A stretch of 64,000 bases of DNA, from positions 7,068,001-7,132,000 of the forward strand of contig NC_135832.1 in NCBI RefSeq assembly GCF_964213995.1. Direction: 5' to 3'. Numbering within the stretch: position 1 is the stretch's first letter; each line of letters starts with the position of its first letter. The notes beneath the pieces are model-generated. The model ran no database searches. It saw nothing but the letters and a program-made list of their open reading frames with translations, and was not told the origin of the DNA. Source of the stretch: Mustelus asterias (Eukaryota). This document shows positions 11,970-24,844 of the stretch, one piece after another. The position numbers were made by a program, and so were the translations under genes.

Positions 11970-12305
11970 CTGTCTTACTTCTAATCTTCTCCTCGGCATG
12001 CACCTCCTTCCCCTCTTGACTGTAATGCGTTACTTTGCACGAAAACTCCTGGCGTCCCCAATCCTCCCGGGACACAGTCACCCGGCTGCTCACACTGCAG
12101 ACGTTGAGCTGGGCCTTCACCGGCCTTTCCGTCACCACATACTTCTCCTCGACCTCTTGGCCGTCCGCGCTCCAGTAGAATTTCACATAGTCCGGAAAGA
12201 AGTGACTGGCCAGGCACACGATGGTAACTTTCTTGTGATCCCGGATCTCTTCTTCCGATGGCTCGAAAATCGTCACCTTGGGGTGCTTAACCTCCTGACC
12301 TGCCT
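11970..12305 (-). CDS. TCR-beta-like constant (C1-set Ig) domain exon
   Basis: ccag acceptor and gtgggt donor, both phase 1. EAGQEVKHPKVTIFEPSEEEIRDHKKVTIVCLASHFFPDYVKFYW...SVSSRV...W..FSCKVTH has the C1 Cys/Trp/Cys core and the TRBC-typical PKV.xFEPS.xEI motif. Confidence 0.9.
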
Positions 12306-12569
12306 CTGGAATGTGTGGGGGACACGGGGAAGAAGGGAGGTGCAACAAACGAATATTTGTTAACAGATGGAACAGATGGAGAGTAACGAAGATGATGTTA
12401 AACAGGGTTATTTGTCTCTCACCGTTATTCTGGTTGGCAATTGACATTTGTTCACCTGATTATTTGACCTTGTGTTGCATCACACTAAACCTTGATTCCG
12501 CTGCAAACGAGGGGCATTCCATTATCAGATTGTCCCGGAGTTTGTAAAGACATAATTTGAGAAATAGAG

Positions 12570-13025
12570 CAGAACATACACTCAAATACTCACTCACACC
12601 CACACGCGTATACACACACAGGCACACATATACTCACACACTCAGTCTCACCCAAGCTGTCAAACTGACTCTCATACACAATTATATTCACACAGTCACA
12701 CACACATACACACATTCGCACAAACTCTCACACACAATCATATCCACATACTTACACATTCACTCATGCACACACACATTTATGCAGATGCACGCTCACA
12801 GGCAGACAGACCCGCTCACAGGCAGACAGACGCGCAGGCGAGCATATATGCACACATATACACATACAGACTCAGACATGCATTCTCACACATGCAGACA
12901 TAAACGCTCATAATCACACACATGCTCAGATGCACATATACTCTCATTCATGCGCACACACACATACAATCACACACGTAATTCATACACATGCACACAC
13001 ACACATACATATACACACACACAAA
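12570..13025. repeat. Degenerate (CA)n-rich microsatellite in the J-C intron
   Basis: Low-complexity CA/CAT repeats. Confidence 0.85.
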
Positions 13026-13774
13026 GTGAAAACATTCAAAACCCTATTTATGAATCCAAATAGAGCATATGGTATTGAACATGGCAATGGTTTAGTATTT
13101 TACTGGACAACAATGATTACAGCTCATTCGTAAAATATATCATCATAAAACATTCCAAAGTTGCTCAAGATACCGATGCTATAAACGTGACACAATATAT
13201 TCCAATATTACCACAAATCCAGTTCGTTTCCTCTCAGCCTCATTTTCCAGCTACTGCCCCAGTCCCTCTCCACATTTTCACATTAATTTTTTACTCGCCT
13301 CTGTTCCCTTGCAATCTCAAGCCATTTTTTCCTTTCTTCCCCCCTTCCTTCTTCCAACCATTTCCCTTGAAACCAACCAATCTTCTTTTTATCTATATTC
13401 GCACCTCGTTGGCCTTCTCATGTTTTGATTAGAACCTTCTACCCAGCAGATTTCAATCACATTCACTCCCTCTCTTTCTCTGTACATCAGCTGTTACGTT
13501 TCCAAATCTCCCCCGCTTCCATGTGTTCTATTTCCACTTCTGAATTAATTTTCCTTCCCCATCTTCATCTTTGTCTCTGTTTCTTGCAATTTACCAGTGT
13601 CTGCCACTGTTTATCTCAAAACCTCCCTCTCTTTCCTATTTCTCTCCCTCTCTTTGACTCTTTCCCTCTTTATCAACAACAATCTATCTCCAATCGGCAA
13701 TCAAGGAAAGAAAAACATTCTACCCACGGCCAATGTTTCAAAGATTAAAAATAACTGCCGTTTGGAGTGCTCAC

Positions 13775-13820
13775 CTGAAACAGTCAGCCTGGTCCCTGCT
13801 CCGAAGTGCTGTTCAGCATT
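13775..13820 (-). CDS. TCR-beta-like J segment NAEQHFGAGTRLTVS
   Basis: FGxG motif, gtgag donor (phase 1, in frame with the C exon) and a 12-RSS on the 5' side. Confidence 0.93.
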
Positions 13821-13848
13821 CACAGTGTTATTGAGCCAGACGCAAACT
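13821..13848 (+). promoter_or_regulatory. 12-RSS of the J segment
   Basis: CACAGTG + 12-nt spacer TTATTGAGCCAG + ACGCAAACT. Confidence 0.9.
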
Positions 13849-14037
13849 AGTTGCTGCTCGAAACCATTCCTAGAGAGGAGTCACCGACCCAGAGCGGCTG
13901 GTTCCTGCACACTTACATTCGGAATCAGAGGCTTGGATGTTTCCCAATAGAGGCTGGTAGCAGGAATCAGTGTGAAGCTCAGAATCCTCTGTAACACTGT
14001 CATGAGGGTAGGTGCTGGAGATCATTTTTTAATGGGC

Positions 14038-14119
14038 AGTTCTTGTAGCGAGGGCACCAGCAAATCAGGCACGGTGGAAGTTGATTGTCCCCACGGTGAT
14101 ACATCTGAGTTCAAAAAAT
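14038..14119 (-). other. D segment GGGACAATCAACTTC (14077-14091) with 5' 12-RSS and 3' 23-RSS
   Basis: 5' RSS CACGGTG-12-TCAAAAAAT (14092-14119, + strand). 3' RSS CACCGTG-23-ACAAGAACT (14076-14038, - strand). Begins GGGACA like TRBD1 and is open in all three frames. Confidence 0.9.
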
Positions 14120-16354
14120 GCACCTGGGTTCAGAGATCACTGCATTTTATATCTGATGCAAAGAGATTTTACGAACCCTTCATTTCACCAAAGTTTGGAT
14201 CTGCCCCTAATATTTCACGGTCAGTGTCTTGTTCTGTTTTTGTCTCTGCCTATTTTTCTTTCAATCTCTGTCTTATCACAGCTTATCTGTTCACCTCCCC
14301 TGTAACTCTTATATCCCTGTATCATGCATCTTCTGATGATTTAAATCACTGCCTCGCCCTCTCTTTCCCTATTTCTGTATTTCCCATACATGTCTCCTAT
14401 GTTCTCTGTCTGAAACTCTATCCCTATTTTCAATCTCTCCCTTTATGCCTTGGTATCACCCTGTCTCTCCCAGTGTCCTTATCTTCCCGTCCCCCTCTAC
14501 CTCTTTCTGTCTATATGCCCTTCTGTCTTCCTAGCTATGACTTCCTCTGTTCGCCCATCTGTGGTTGCTCTCCCTAACTCTAAATCTCCACTACTGATTT
14601 TGTGGAACTATGCAAATTTATTTCTTAAATTTGTTTCTCCATCTCCTTTTCTCCAAGCGCTTCCCAACTCTCTCTTGAGTTCTGCCTTTCTCACACTTCA
14701 TCTGTACCTCAAGGAATGTCGTGTTTCCTCCGGACTTCCCTTGGTGTATAATACTTGCTGTGCAACATTTCACTGAAGCGCCAATATGAATAAACAACAA
14801 CATAAATGAATAACAAGGCAAAAAACTGAGCCAAAGGGGCAGATAGGCCAGTCTTTATCAGTGTCAGTTCAACGTCCATATACATCGGAATTCTTAGTGT
14901 TAGAAAGAGCAGCCAGCTGTAAGAGCACAACTCAAATACAAATATCCATGGTTGGTGTGAATGTCGATGTCTCAGAGCGATGAACCTACGTCATGCTGAT
15001 CCTATGTAACAAACAAGCAGCAAACAGAAGAAAGAGGGAGCGTCTATAAAGGAGAGAAGCAATGTGAGGAGGAACTGTGAAGGTGAATGGAGCCAGTGGC
15101 ATCGGCTGAAACAAGAGAGTTTTCATTTGTTGGCCAACAGTCCCGCTTGGTGGCGGCGTGGAGGAATGACCGAGGATCCCAGAATCACAGACCTGTGACA
15201 TGGCAGAGGGAAATAATTGAAAGCAGCGTGTCTGCACTGGCACTTCAAGTGATCAATCCGAACCGAAACCCCCCCCCCACCCAACACACACCCCCCACAG
15301 CTCCCCCCCCCACCCCTCCCCCCCCCCGCCTCCCTCCTCCGTTTCCCCTTAAAATTGCACTTCTCTGCTTGATGGGTAGCAATCTTATTCCCTCTGGAAT
15401 ATTTAACCTAAAACTGCCTCCAACACATTCTGATCCAGGTCATTCCGATTCCGGTTCCAGACGAATCATGTCCCCATCTCATATGTTGTCAAGCACTTTA
15501 AATCTCTGTCCTCTCCTTTTCCATCCCCAAAAAACATTACCCTCCTCAAGACAGTATGTTACTAATTGAAGCATCTCCAAGAAGTGGAACTGGGGCTTTC
15601 CCTTAATGAATCCCTGCTGACTTCACGTAATGAACGCACATCAGTCAAAGTCCTGCGAGGGTTCTCCAGAATTGTTTTTTTTATCACAATCACCAATGGG
15701 CATGAGGCGGGAAAGTTGAGTTGAGGATGATCCTATCAGAGCAGTCACGGTCACATTTAATGATGGAGTGGTGTTGATGCACCGAATGGTCTACCTTTGC
15801 ACCTACATCTTATCAGCTTACAGTTTGTAACGGGCAGTTGTGATCAGAACTGGGAAAATTAAGATAAGAAATACAAACAGGCGGTTAGAATAGAGGTGGT
15901 TAGCTGGAGAAATGATGAGATGTGGATCAACGGGGAACAATCATTTTTACGTATGTGACTCGGAAGAAAAATGGGGCGATGGAAGTAACATTTCAAAGTG
16001 GAGAGATAACTAAATTAATTAGTACATGTCAAAAGCCAACTGCACCGGGGTAATGTCTATGCGAAATAAATCGTATAATTGGAGACACTAGGAAGAAAAG
16101 TGATAGAGGTAGCCGACTTCCGAACTGCACCAAGTCGCAGCAAAAGTTGTTGGGCAGAAAGTGCTGGCCCAGCCAGTGATACGTCTGATCAGAAGCAAAT
16201 TCCTGTCTGGGATGGAAAAAAACTCCTCCGCACTGCGTCTAAAGTGGACTGGGATGGGAACTTGAAATGCTGTGACTGGACATGGAGGAAGTAGATTGGC
16301 ATAATAGGCACTGAGAAATAATGTTGGGAGTGAGTCATTGAATTGTAAGAACAC

Positions 16355-16790
16355 AGGAAAGAGATTTAGAGAAAGAGATAGAGAAACAAATAAAGATTTA
16401 GGAAGAAACAGAAAGGTCGAATGAGGGAGATAAGAGAAAGTGACACACAGCTACAGAGAGAGAGAAAGATAAAGGTAGGGAATGAGAAAGAGAGAGAGAT
16501 AGAACGATGGCTAGAGGAAAGATAGAAAGAGAATTGTAGCAAGAGTGACGGATAAAGAGAGTGACAGAAAGAAAGAGAAACAAATACAAAGGAAGAGACA
16601 GATAGAATGAGTTAGAAAGAGGGACAAATAGAAAGGACAGACAGATAGAAAGAAGACAGATGGAAAGAAAGAGAAATGGAAAGAGACAAACAGCAAATGT
16701 GATGGAAAAATAGGGAAAGTCAGGGAAAAGAAGAGCCAAGTACAGTAAAAAGAGACAGAGAAAGATAGAACAGAGGAAGCCAGATATCAT
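16355..16790. repeat. Purine-rich (GA) low-complexity tract
   Basis: AG/GAAA repeats. Confidence 0.8.
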
Positions 16791-17048
16791 TTTGAGAGAT
16801 CAAGGCATGAGGGGAAAAGTTACAGAATAAGAAGTTTACAGAATAAAAGTGTACAGAATAGGAAGGTTGTAGGCCATTATCTGTTGGAACCCCTGTATCG
16901 GTTGTGTGTTATCTGACAGTGGAGCTGTGTTACCTTTGTGTTAGTCGGAGCCTCTGTATCGGTTGTGTGCTCTATAACAATATCACTATGTGAGTTGTGT
17001 CACTTAAATGACCTTTATCAGTTCTGTGCTCTATGTCAGTGGATATCT

Positions 17049-17183
17049 ATGATGTGGAGATGCCGGCGTTGGACTGGGGTAAACACAGTATCCATGTGAC
17101 GAAGGAGCAGCGCTCCGAAAGCTAATGGTATTTGCTACCAAATAAACCTGTTGGACTTCAACCTAGTGTTGTTAAAACTCTTA
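17049..17183. mobile_element. Minimal inverted Penelope terminal insertion
   Basis: Reverse PLE tail joined to a forward pLTR end, flanked by direct repeat CAGTGGATATCT (17037-17048 / 17184-17195). Confidence 0.75.
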
Positions 17184-17253
17184 CAGTGGATATCTCTACC
17201 AGTCGTGTCAGTTAGCCCTCAGTGTACCCAAACAGGCGTTGAAGTGTGGCGAC

Positions 17254-19297
17254 TCATGTGCCTGTAAAAAGGAAAGATAGGAAAGGTAGGATTCGAGAGC
17301 CGTGGATAACCAGGAAAATTGAGGATCTGATTAAAATGAAAAGGGAGGCGTACGTTAAGTCCAGGCAACTGAAAACAGATGGAGCTCTGGTGAATACAGA
17401 GAGAGTAGGAAATAACTCAAACGGGGAGTTAGAAGGGCCAAAAGAGGTCACGAGATGTTCTTGGCAGGCAGGATTAAGGAGAATCCTAAGGCATTCTATT
17501 CATACGTTAGGAACAAAAGAGTTGTCAGGGAGAAAATCGGACCTCTCAGGGACAAAGGAGGGGAATTATGCTTAGAACCCGAGGGAATAGGGGAGATCCT
17601 AAATGAATACTTTGCATCGGTATTCACGAAGGAGAGGGGCGTGTTAACCGGGAGTGTCTCGGAGGGAGGTGTTGACCCGTTAGAGAAAATCTCCATTACA
17701 AGAGAGGAAGTGTTAGGTTTTTTAGGGAACATTAAAACTGACAAAGCCCCAGGGCCTGATGGCATCTATCCTCGACTGCTCAGGGAGACGAGAGATGAAA
17801 TTGCTGGGCCTCTGACGGAAATCATTGTCGCTTCTTTGGACACGGGTGAGGTCCCTGAGGATTGGAGGATAGCGAATGTGGTCCCGTTGTTTAAGAAGGG
17901 TAGCAGGGATAACCCGGGAAATTATAGGTCGGTGAGCTTGACGTCCGTGGTAGGGAGGTTGTTGGAGAGGATTCTGAGAGACAGGATGTATGTGCATTTA
18001 GAACGGAACAATCTCATTAGTGACAGACACCATGGTTTTGTAAGAGGGAGGTCGTGCCTTACAAATTTGGTGGAGTTTTTTGAGGAAGTGACAAAAACGG
18101 TTGATGAAGGAAGGGCCGTGGATTTCACTAAGGCATTTGACAAAGTCCCACATGGCAGGTTGGTTAAGAAGGTTAAGGCTCATGGGATACAAGGAGAAGT
18201 GGCTAGATGGGTGGAGAACTGGCTTGGCCATAGGAGACAGAGGGTAGTGGTCGAAGGGTCTTTTTCCGGCTGGAGGTCTGCGACCAGTGGTGTTCCGCAG
18301 GGCTCTGTACTGGGACCTCTGCTATTTGTGATATATATAAATGATTTGGAAGAAGGTGTAACTGGTGTAATCAGCAAGTTTGCGGATGACACGAAGATGG
18401 CTGGACTTGCGGATAGCGAAGAGCATTGTCGGGCAATACAGCAGGATATAGATAGGCTGGAAAATTGGGCGGAGAGGTGGCAGATGGAGTTTAATCCGGA
18501 TAAATGCGAAGTGATGCATTTTGGAAGAAATAATGTAGGGAGGAGTTATACAATAAATGGCAGAGTCATCAGGAGTATAGAAACACAGAGGGACCTAGGT
18601 GTGCAAGTCCACAAATCCTTGAAGGTGGCAACACAGGTGGAGAAGGTGGTGAAGAAGGCATATGGTATGTTTGCCTTTATAGGACGGGGTATAGAGTATA
18701 AAAGCTGGAGTCTGATGATGCAGCTGTATAGAACGCTGGTCAGGCCACATTTGGAGTACTGCGTCCAGTTCTGGTCGCCGCACTACCAGAAAGACGTGGA
18801 GGCGTGAGAGAGAGTGCAGAGAAGGTTTACCAGGATGTTGCCTGGTATGGAGGGTCTTAGCTATGAGGAGAGATTGGGTAGACTGGGGTTGTTCTCCTTG
18901 GAAAGACGGAGAATGAGGGGAGATCGAATAGAGGCGTACAAGATTATGAAGGGTATAGATAGGGTGAACAGTGGGAAGCTTTTTCCCAGGTCGGAGGTGA
19001 CAATCACGAGGGGTCACGAGGGGTCACGGGCTCAAGGTGAGAGGGGCGAAGTATAACTCAGATATCAGAGGGACGTTTTTTACACAGAGGGTGGTGGGGG
19101 CCTGGAATGCGCTGCCAAGTGGGGTGGTGGAGGCAGGCACGCTGACATCGTTTAAGACTTACCTGGATATTCACATGAGCAGCCTGGGAATGGAGGGAAA
19201 CAAACGATTGGTCTAGTTGGACCAAGGAGCGGCACAGGCTTGGAGGGCCGAAGGGCCTGTTTCCTGTGCTGTACTGTTCTTTGTTCTTTGTTTTTTT
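17254..19297 (+). mobile_element. CR1/HER1 LINE, 5'-truncated (RT ORF 17455-18807)
   Basis: [26 protein letters not shown]; (GTTCTTT)n tail. Confidence 0.95.
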
Positions 19298-19358
19298 GAC
19301 TCTGGATTATCAAAGTAACTTTATTGGAGTGTTAATGTGACCAATCAAAAATAAATTG

Positions 19359-19679
19359 GGGTGACACCGTGGTTAGCACTGCTGCCTCACCGCTCGAGGG
19401 ACCCGTGTTCAATTCGCGGCTTGGATCACGACCTGTGTGGAATTTGTAACTTCTCTCCATGTCTGTGTGTGTTTCCTCCGAGTGATCCGGTTTCCCCCCA
19501 CAGTCCAGAGATGTGCAGATTAGGTGGATTGGCCATGCTCAATTGCCCCTCAGCGTCAGAGGATCTACCTGGGGTAACTGCATGTGGTTATGGGGATAGG
19601 GCCTGGGTAGGATTGTGGTCAGTGCAGACTCGATGGCCTCCTTCTGCACTGTAGAATTCGATGATTTTATGAATCTATG
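19359..19679 (+). mobile_element. tRNA-derived SINE (HE1-type)
   Basis: GTGGTTAGCACTGCTGCCTCAC A-box head, GTTCAATTC B-box and CR1-like tail. Confidence 0.85.
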
Positions 19680-21068
19680 TATCACTGGGGACTTTTGTTT
19701 GCCAAGGCCTTTTATGAGTTTAACATGTCTAACCATGCAACCGCATGCATTAGAAGCACGAGTGGACTAATCAGCCATTTTGATATTGTTCTACCATCCA
19801 ATAAGATCATGGTTGTCCTACCTCGCCTGCCCCGAATTACAATTCACCCCATGTTTGCCAAGAATCTCACTATTGCTGCCATTGAAATTATCAAAGAGAT
19901 ACACTTCCACTGCCTAAGACTTAAATGCTATATTCATCAAATCCTGCAAAGTATAGTCATAAAGAACCTGCTTTAATCACTTGTCTGCATTTTTTCACCA
20001 TTAAAAACGGCAGCTACAACGTGCAAAAAGCCCTGAGAGGTTCAAACTAACATTTCCAATTTCATTATTTCATGATCACTATGGATTCAATGACATCTCT
20101 GACATAACATCAGATCTGGTGTTGGGAATATTGACTGTATTATTTGTTATTTCATTATTGTGATCTGAATTGTAATGTTGAATCACATTTCTTTGTTCCA
20201 GCACATCTGGGAATTAACCTGCTGCAGTAATCTGTTTATTCATTTATTAAAGAACAATAAAGGTACTGCAACTTCAGTATCTCAGTGGGATACCCACATG
20301 ATAGAAATTAAAGGCCCTCGGAATGCATTGCCTCATAATACAGAAAGATCACTGACAGAAGGATGGGGCAGACTGCATCAGCGAGAAGATGCATCGACCA
20401 ATTCCACAAGTGCAGAAATATTACTACGCAGTGCTCGCCATCCTTGGTGTTCACGGTACGTAAATATAATCTTTGAACTTGTGTGGAAGCACGTCAAAGC
20501 TTCTCTCTGTTTCTGCTCTTATTATTGTTATACGCTGATTTCGTGGCGATTGGAACACATACACCCGAACACTCAGACCGTTTCACTCAGAGCGAGCAGG
20601 TCACACTCTCTGGTGTTCATTTAATTTTATTTCCTAAGTGAATGCTTCCATTGCATCTCATGCCCGTGCTCAATCGTTACATTTGCTGCACTGTCCTGGA
20701 GCCTGGGCCATATAATCATTTCTAGATCTGTCAATTGATATTTGTACAAAGGGATCAGTCAATGTCAAATTAATTGCATGTGAACCACTAAGTAGAGAGA
20801 AGCGCCTGGCCCCATTGAGCATGTACTCCTGGGAGTATCAGTCCTTATAAAGTTGTACTGAACGTAATTCACTAACTGCAATCATTAAAACAGTTATGTT
20901 TTGAAATAATAATGCGAGATCTCAACTCCATTGATCTAAAGTAAAGTTTATTTATTAGTCACAAGTAAGGCTGACATTAGCACTGCAATTAAGTTACTGT
21001 CAAATACTCTGAGTCGCCACACTCCAGCGCCTGTTGCGGTCAATGTGCCTAACCAGTGATGCATTACA

Positions 21069-22040
21069 GTGAGAAACCGCACCGACCTCCTCAGAAGGCA
21101 AACACGGGACACGGCCGACAGAGTGCCCTTTGTTAGCCAGTACTTCCCTGGAGCGGAGAAGCTACAACATCTTCTGCGAAGCCTTCAACACGTCATTGAT
21201 GAAGACGAACATCTCTCCAAGGCCATTCCCACACCCTACTATGTGCCTTCAAACAACAGCGCAACCTCAAACAGACCATTGTTCCCAGTAAACCACTCAG
21301 CCTTCAGGAGAACAGCGACCACAATACCACACAATCCTGCCACAGTAACTTCTGCAAGATGTGCCAGATCACCTAGACGGATGCCATCATCTCACGTGAG
21401 AACACCATCCACCAGATGCACTGTACATACTCTTGAGACTCGGCCAACGTTGTCTACCTGATACACTGCAGGAAAAGATGTCCCGAGGCATGGTACATCG
21501 GCAGACGCTACAACAACGGATGAATGGACACCGCTCGACAATTACCAGGCAGGAGTGTTTTCTTCCTGTCGGGGCACACTTCAGCAGTCAAGGGCATTCA
21601 GCCTCTGATCTTCGGGTAAGTATTCTCCAAGGCATCGTTCAAGACACACAACAATGCAGAATTGCCGAGCAGAAACTGATGGTCAGGTTCCGCACACATG
21701 AGGGCGGCCTCAACCGGGATCTTGGGTTCACGCTATACTACCATTTGTTACTGTCCCATTCTGGGATTGCAATATCTTACTCACTGTCCTGGTTTGAGAC
21801 AATTCACACCTCTTTAATCTGTGCTTAACCGCTCTCCACTCGCATGTTGTACACCTGTAAAGAATTGATTACCTGTTAAGACACGCATTCCAACCATTTC
21901 CTTTAATTGAGTTTTTGTCTATATATGCCCTGTTTGTGAACCCGATTCTTCACTCACCTGATGAAGGGCAGTGATCCGAAAGCTCGTGCTAACAAATAAA
22001 CCTGCTGGACTTTAACATGATGTTGTGAGACTTCTCATGC
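21069..22040 (+). mobile_element. Degenerate Penelope-like element 3' part (GIY-YIG endonuclease + pLTR)
   Basis: NRTDLLRRQ..RVPFV.QYFPGAEKL and RMNGHRSTI, matching the copy at 35-38 kb. Confidence 0.88.
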
Positions 22041-22364
22041 AGTCGGCTTGTCAGTGGATGGATTTTAACCTGGAACACACCAAACTGACAAGGCAGACCA
22101 GAAATCCTCAACACAACTCACACGAGCGATCAAGGAAGGTAAGGGCTTTGCGCCATTTGGAAAAGGACCCTGACTCACTGGTTTGGTGGCGCCACTGTTA
22201 TCCCGTCCATACACGGCAGCTGAGATTGTCGGAAACTCGCCTTCCCTGTGGTTTGCTTTCCGTTTTTTTCTGCCATGCTCGATCTATTTGCCTTCCCCTC
22301 GCCTGCTGTCTCGCTCTGTCCTTTTCTGCTTGTCTGTCTACATTTACCAGCATCTGTGGCTCAT

Positions 22365-22670
22365 GGGACAGCAGCGTGGCACAGTGCTTAGCACTGCTGC
22401 CTGACAGCACCAGGAACCCGGGTTCGATTTCCGCTTGGGTCACTGTCTGTGTGGGGTTTGCACATTCTCCCCATGTGGGTTTCCTCCAGGTGCTCTGATT
22501 TCCTCTCACACTCCAAGAAAGAGCGGGTTACGTGGACTGGCCATGCTACTTTGCCACTTAGTGTCAGGGGGACTAGCTGGGGTAAGTGCACATGGTTATG
22601 GGGATACGGTCTGGGTGGGACTGTGTTTGATGCAGACTTGATAGGCCGAATGTCCTCCTTCTGCACTGTA
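22365..22670 (+). mobile_element. tRNA-derived SINE (HE1-type)
   Basis: Same head and tail as the other copies. Confidence 0.85.
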
Positions 22671-22819
22671 TGCAGAAGGAGGACATTCTCCCTGCTTCTG
22701 CCTCTCTCACTCTATTCATCAGGATCACATTCTATCTCTCTCTCTCTCAAAATATCTCCGTGTGCTTTTAAATACTTAATCTTTTCTTTATCTCTGTTTT
22801 TCTTTGTCTTTCTCTTTCA

Positions 22820-22952
22820 NNNNNNNNNNNNNNNNNNNNNNNNNNNNNNNNNNNNNNNNNNNNNNNNNNNNNNNNNNNNNNNNNNNNNNNNNNNNNNNNN
22901 NNNNNNNNNNNNNNNNNNNNNNNNNNNNNNNNNNNNNNNNNNNNNNNNNNNN
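22820..22952. other. Assembly gap (N run)
   Basis: 133 N bases. Confidence 1.
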
Positions 22953-23264
22953 CTTCCTCGTTATCTCTCTCTCTCCCTCTGAAGAATGCGTGGAGGAACA
23001 TACAAAAGAATACACCAATTGTCCCTTACGGTATTTCTCGGTGAACGTTTGAGAGATTTATCCCATTAAACCTATTCCACTATCACGTTCCCCTTTACCT
23101 GTTTGCCGGCTATCTGCACCAGATCTGCGACAGTGTCAGCTCTTTCCAATGAACCATCCGATATACTAATCAGAGCCAATTCCATCTCAGCACATTGACA
23201 AGTCCCTCTCCTCCACCCTGTCCCTGTAACCCTAAAAAAATGCAACGGCCAATTCACCAAACCT

Positions 23265-23975
23265 TGTTTTTTTTTATTTGATTTATTTTTGTCACATGTA
23301 TTAGCATACAGTGAAAAGTATTGTTTCTTGCGCGCCATACAGACAAAGCGTACCATTCATACAGAAGGAAACGAGAGAGTGCAGAATTTAGTGTTACAGT
23401 CATAGCTAGAGTGTAGAGAAAGATCAGCTTAATGCAACGTAAGTCCACTCAAACGTCTGACAGCAGCAGGGAAGAAGATGTTCTTGAGTCAGTTGGTACA
23501 TCACCTCAGACTTTTGTATATTTTTCCCGATGGAAGAAGGTGGAAGAGAGAATGTCCGGGGTCCGTGGGGTCCTTAATTATGATTGTGCTACATTCACAG
23601 CCTTATGGAGTTACTTGTAGTCTTGGGCAGAGCAGGAGCCATATCAAGCAGGAGCCATATCAATGTATTATTTCTGATACAACCAGAAATAATGCTTTCT
23701 ATGGTGTAACTGTAAAAGTTGGCGAGAGCCCTAATTGACATGCCAAATGTCCTTATACCTCTGAGAAAGTAGAGGCGTTGGTGAGCATTCTTAACTATAG
23801 TGTCGGTATGGGGGGACCAGGACAGGTTGTTGGCGATCTGGACAGCTAAACACCTGAAGCTCTCGACCCTTTCTACTTTGTCCCCGTTGATCGAGACAGA
23901 GGTTCTCGTTTACGCTCCCTGAAGTCGATGACCACCTCCTTCGTTTTGTTGACACTGAAGCGGAGATTATTTCAC
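23265..23975 (-). mobile_element. Degenerate non-CR1 LINE 3' fragment (Rex1/L2-like)
   Basis: AATAAATCAAAT tail and decayed RT C-terminus (VESFRCL.V). Clade uncertain. Confidence 0.45.
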
Positions 23976-24181
23976 ATCTTTGGACACTAAAGGTCAGTTT
24001 GGCATTGGCAATCGTCATAACCCGCACATCTTTGGACTGAGGGAGGAAATGGGACCACCTGGACGAATCCCACGCAGACATGAGGAGAATGTGCAAACTC
24101 CACATAAACCGTCACCCAAGGCTGGAATTGAAGTTGCTTGCCTGGTGGTGTGTGGCAGCAGTGCTAACCACTGTGCTACGA
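23976..24181 (-). mobile_element. SINE 5' half (HE1-type)
   Basis: Reverse tRNA head GTAGCACAGTGGTTAGCACTGCTG. Confidence 0.8.
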
Positions 24182-24844
24182 AGTGATCTCGCTCGCAGTG
24201 CAAACAAGCTGGATCATTATGGTCTCAACTATTTGCAATGAAAGCACTTTTCAATTATTTTTCTGCCCACATCCTTGTACAGAGACCAAACGCTGCAGCC
24301 GCCATTTTAAAGGTATTGATCATAATTCCAACCATGATACCCTCCACTGCTACCCACCATTGAATGGAGGGGCTGGCAATTCGAACATTTGCCCCTTCAT
24401 TCTGCATTGGCTATCTCGTGGCACAGAGTGAGAATTAGTTGTCACAGGACTGTCAGGAAAACGCCAGGACATTCATCATGCAATTGCACTGCATTTCTCG
24501 TACAACAGCCCTCTCAGTACCCCACTCACCAATCTTTCATCATCCACCGGGCTGCAAACACCCTCTCCAAACTTCAATGACGGCCACCATCACATGCGCG
24601 AGCAGCTCTCGATAGCACCCACATATTTCCCGCAATAACTTTATTCAAAATGTCTTCTTCCCTCAACACCTACTCCGCCTCGAAATGCAAACTTGGAAAT
24701 GCACATCTAAACACTTAAGTTTTACGCACTTGTGCACATCCAGTTTTTTGCCAGACAGTTAATTTTCTATTCAGGCTAAATTGTAGGCACATACACCACC
24801 ATCTCTTATTTGCTGGAATAAACGTTGATGCCATCTCTTCCATA

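Noticed and set aside
12557-16790. His/Thr-rich and Leu/Ser/Phe-rich ORFs in the ORF track
   Set aside because: These are translations of CA- and GA/CT-rich microsatellites.
19359-19430. tRNA-like heads as tRNA genes
   Set aside because: Each continues into SINE body and LINE-like tail, so they are SINEs, not tRNA genes.
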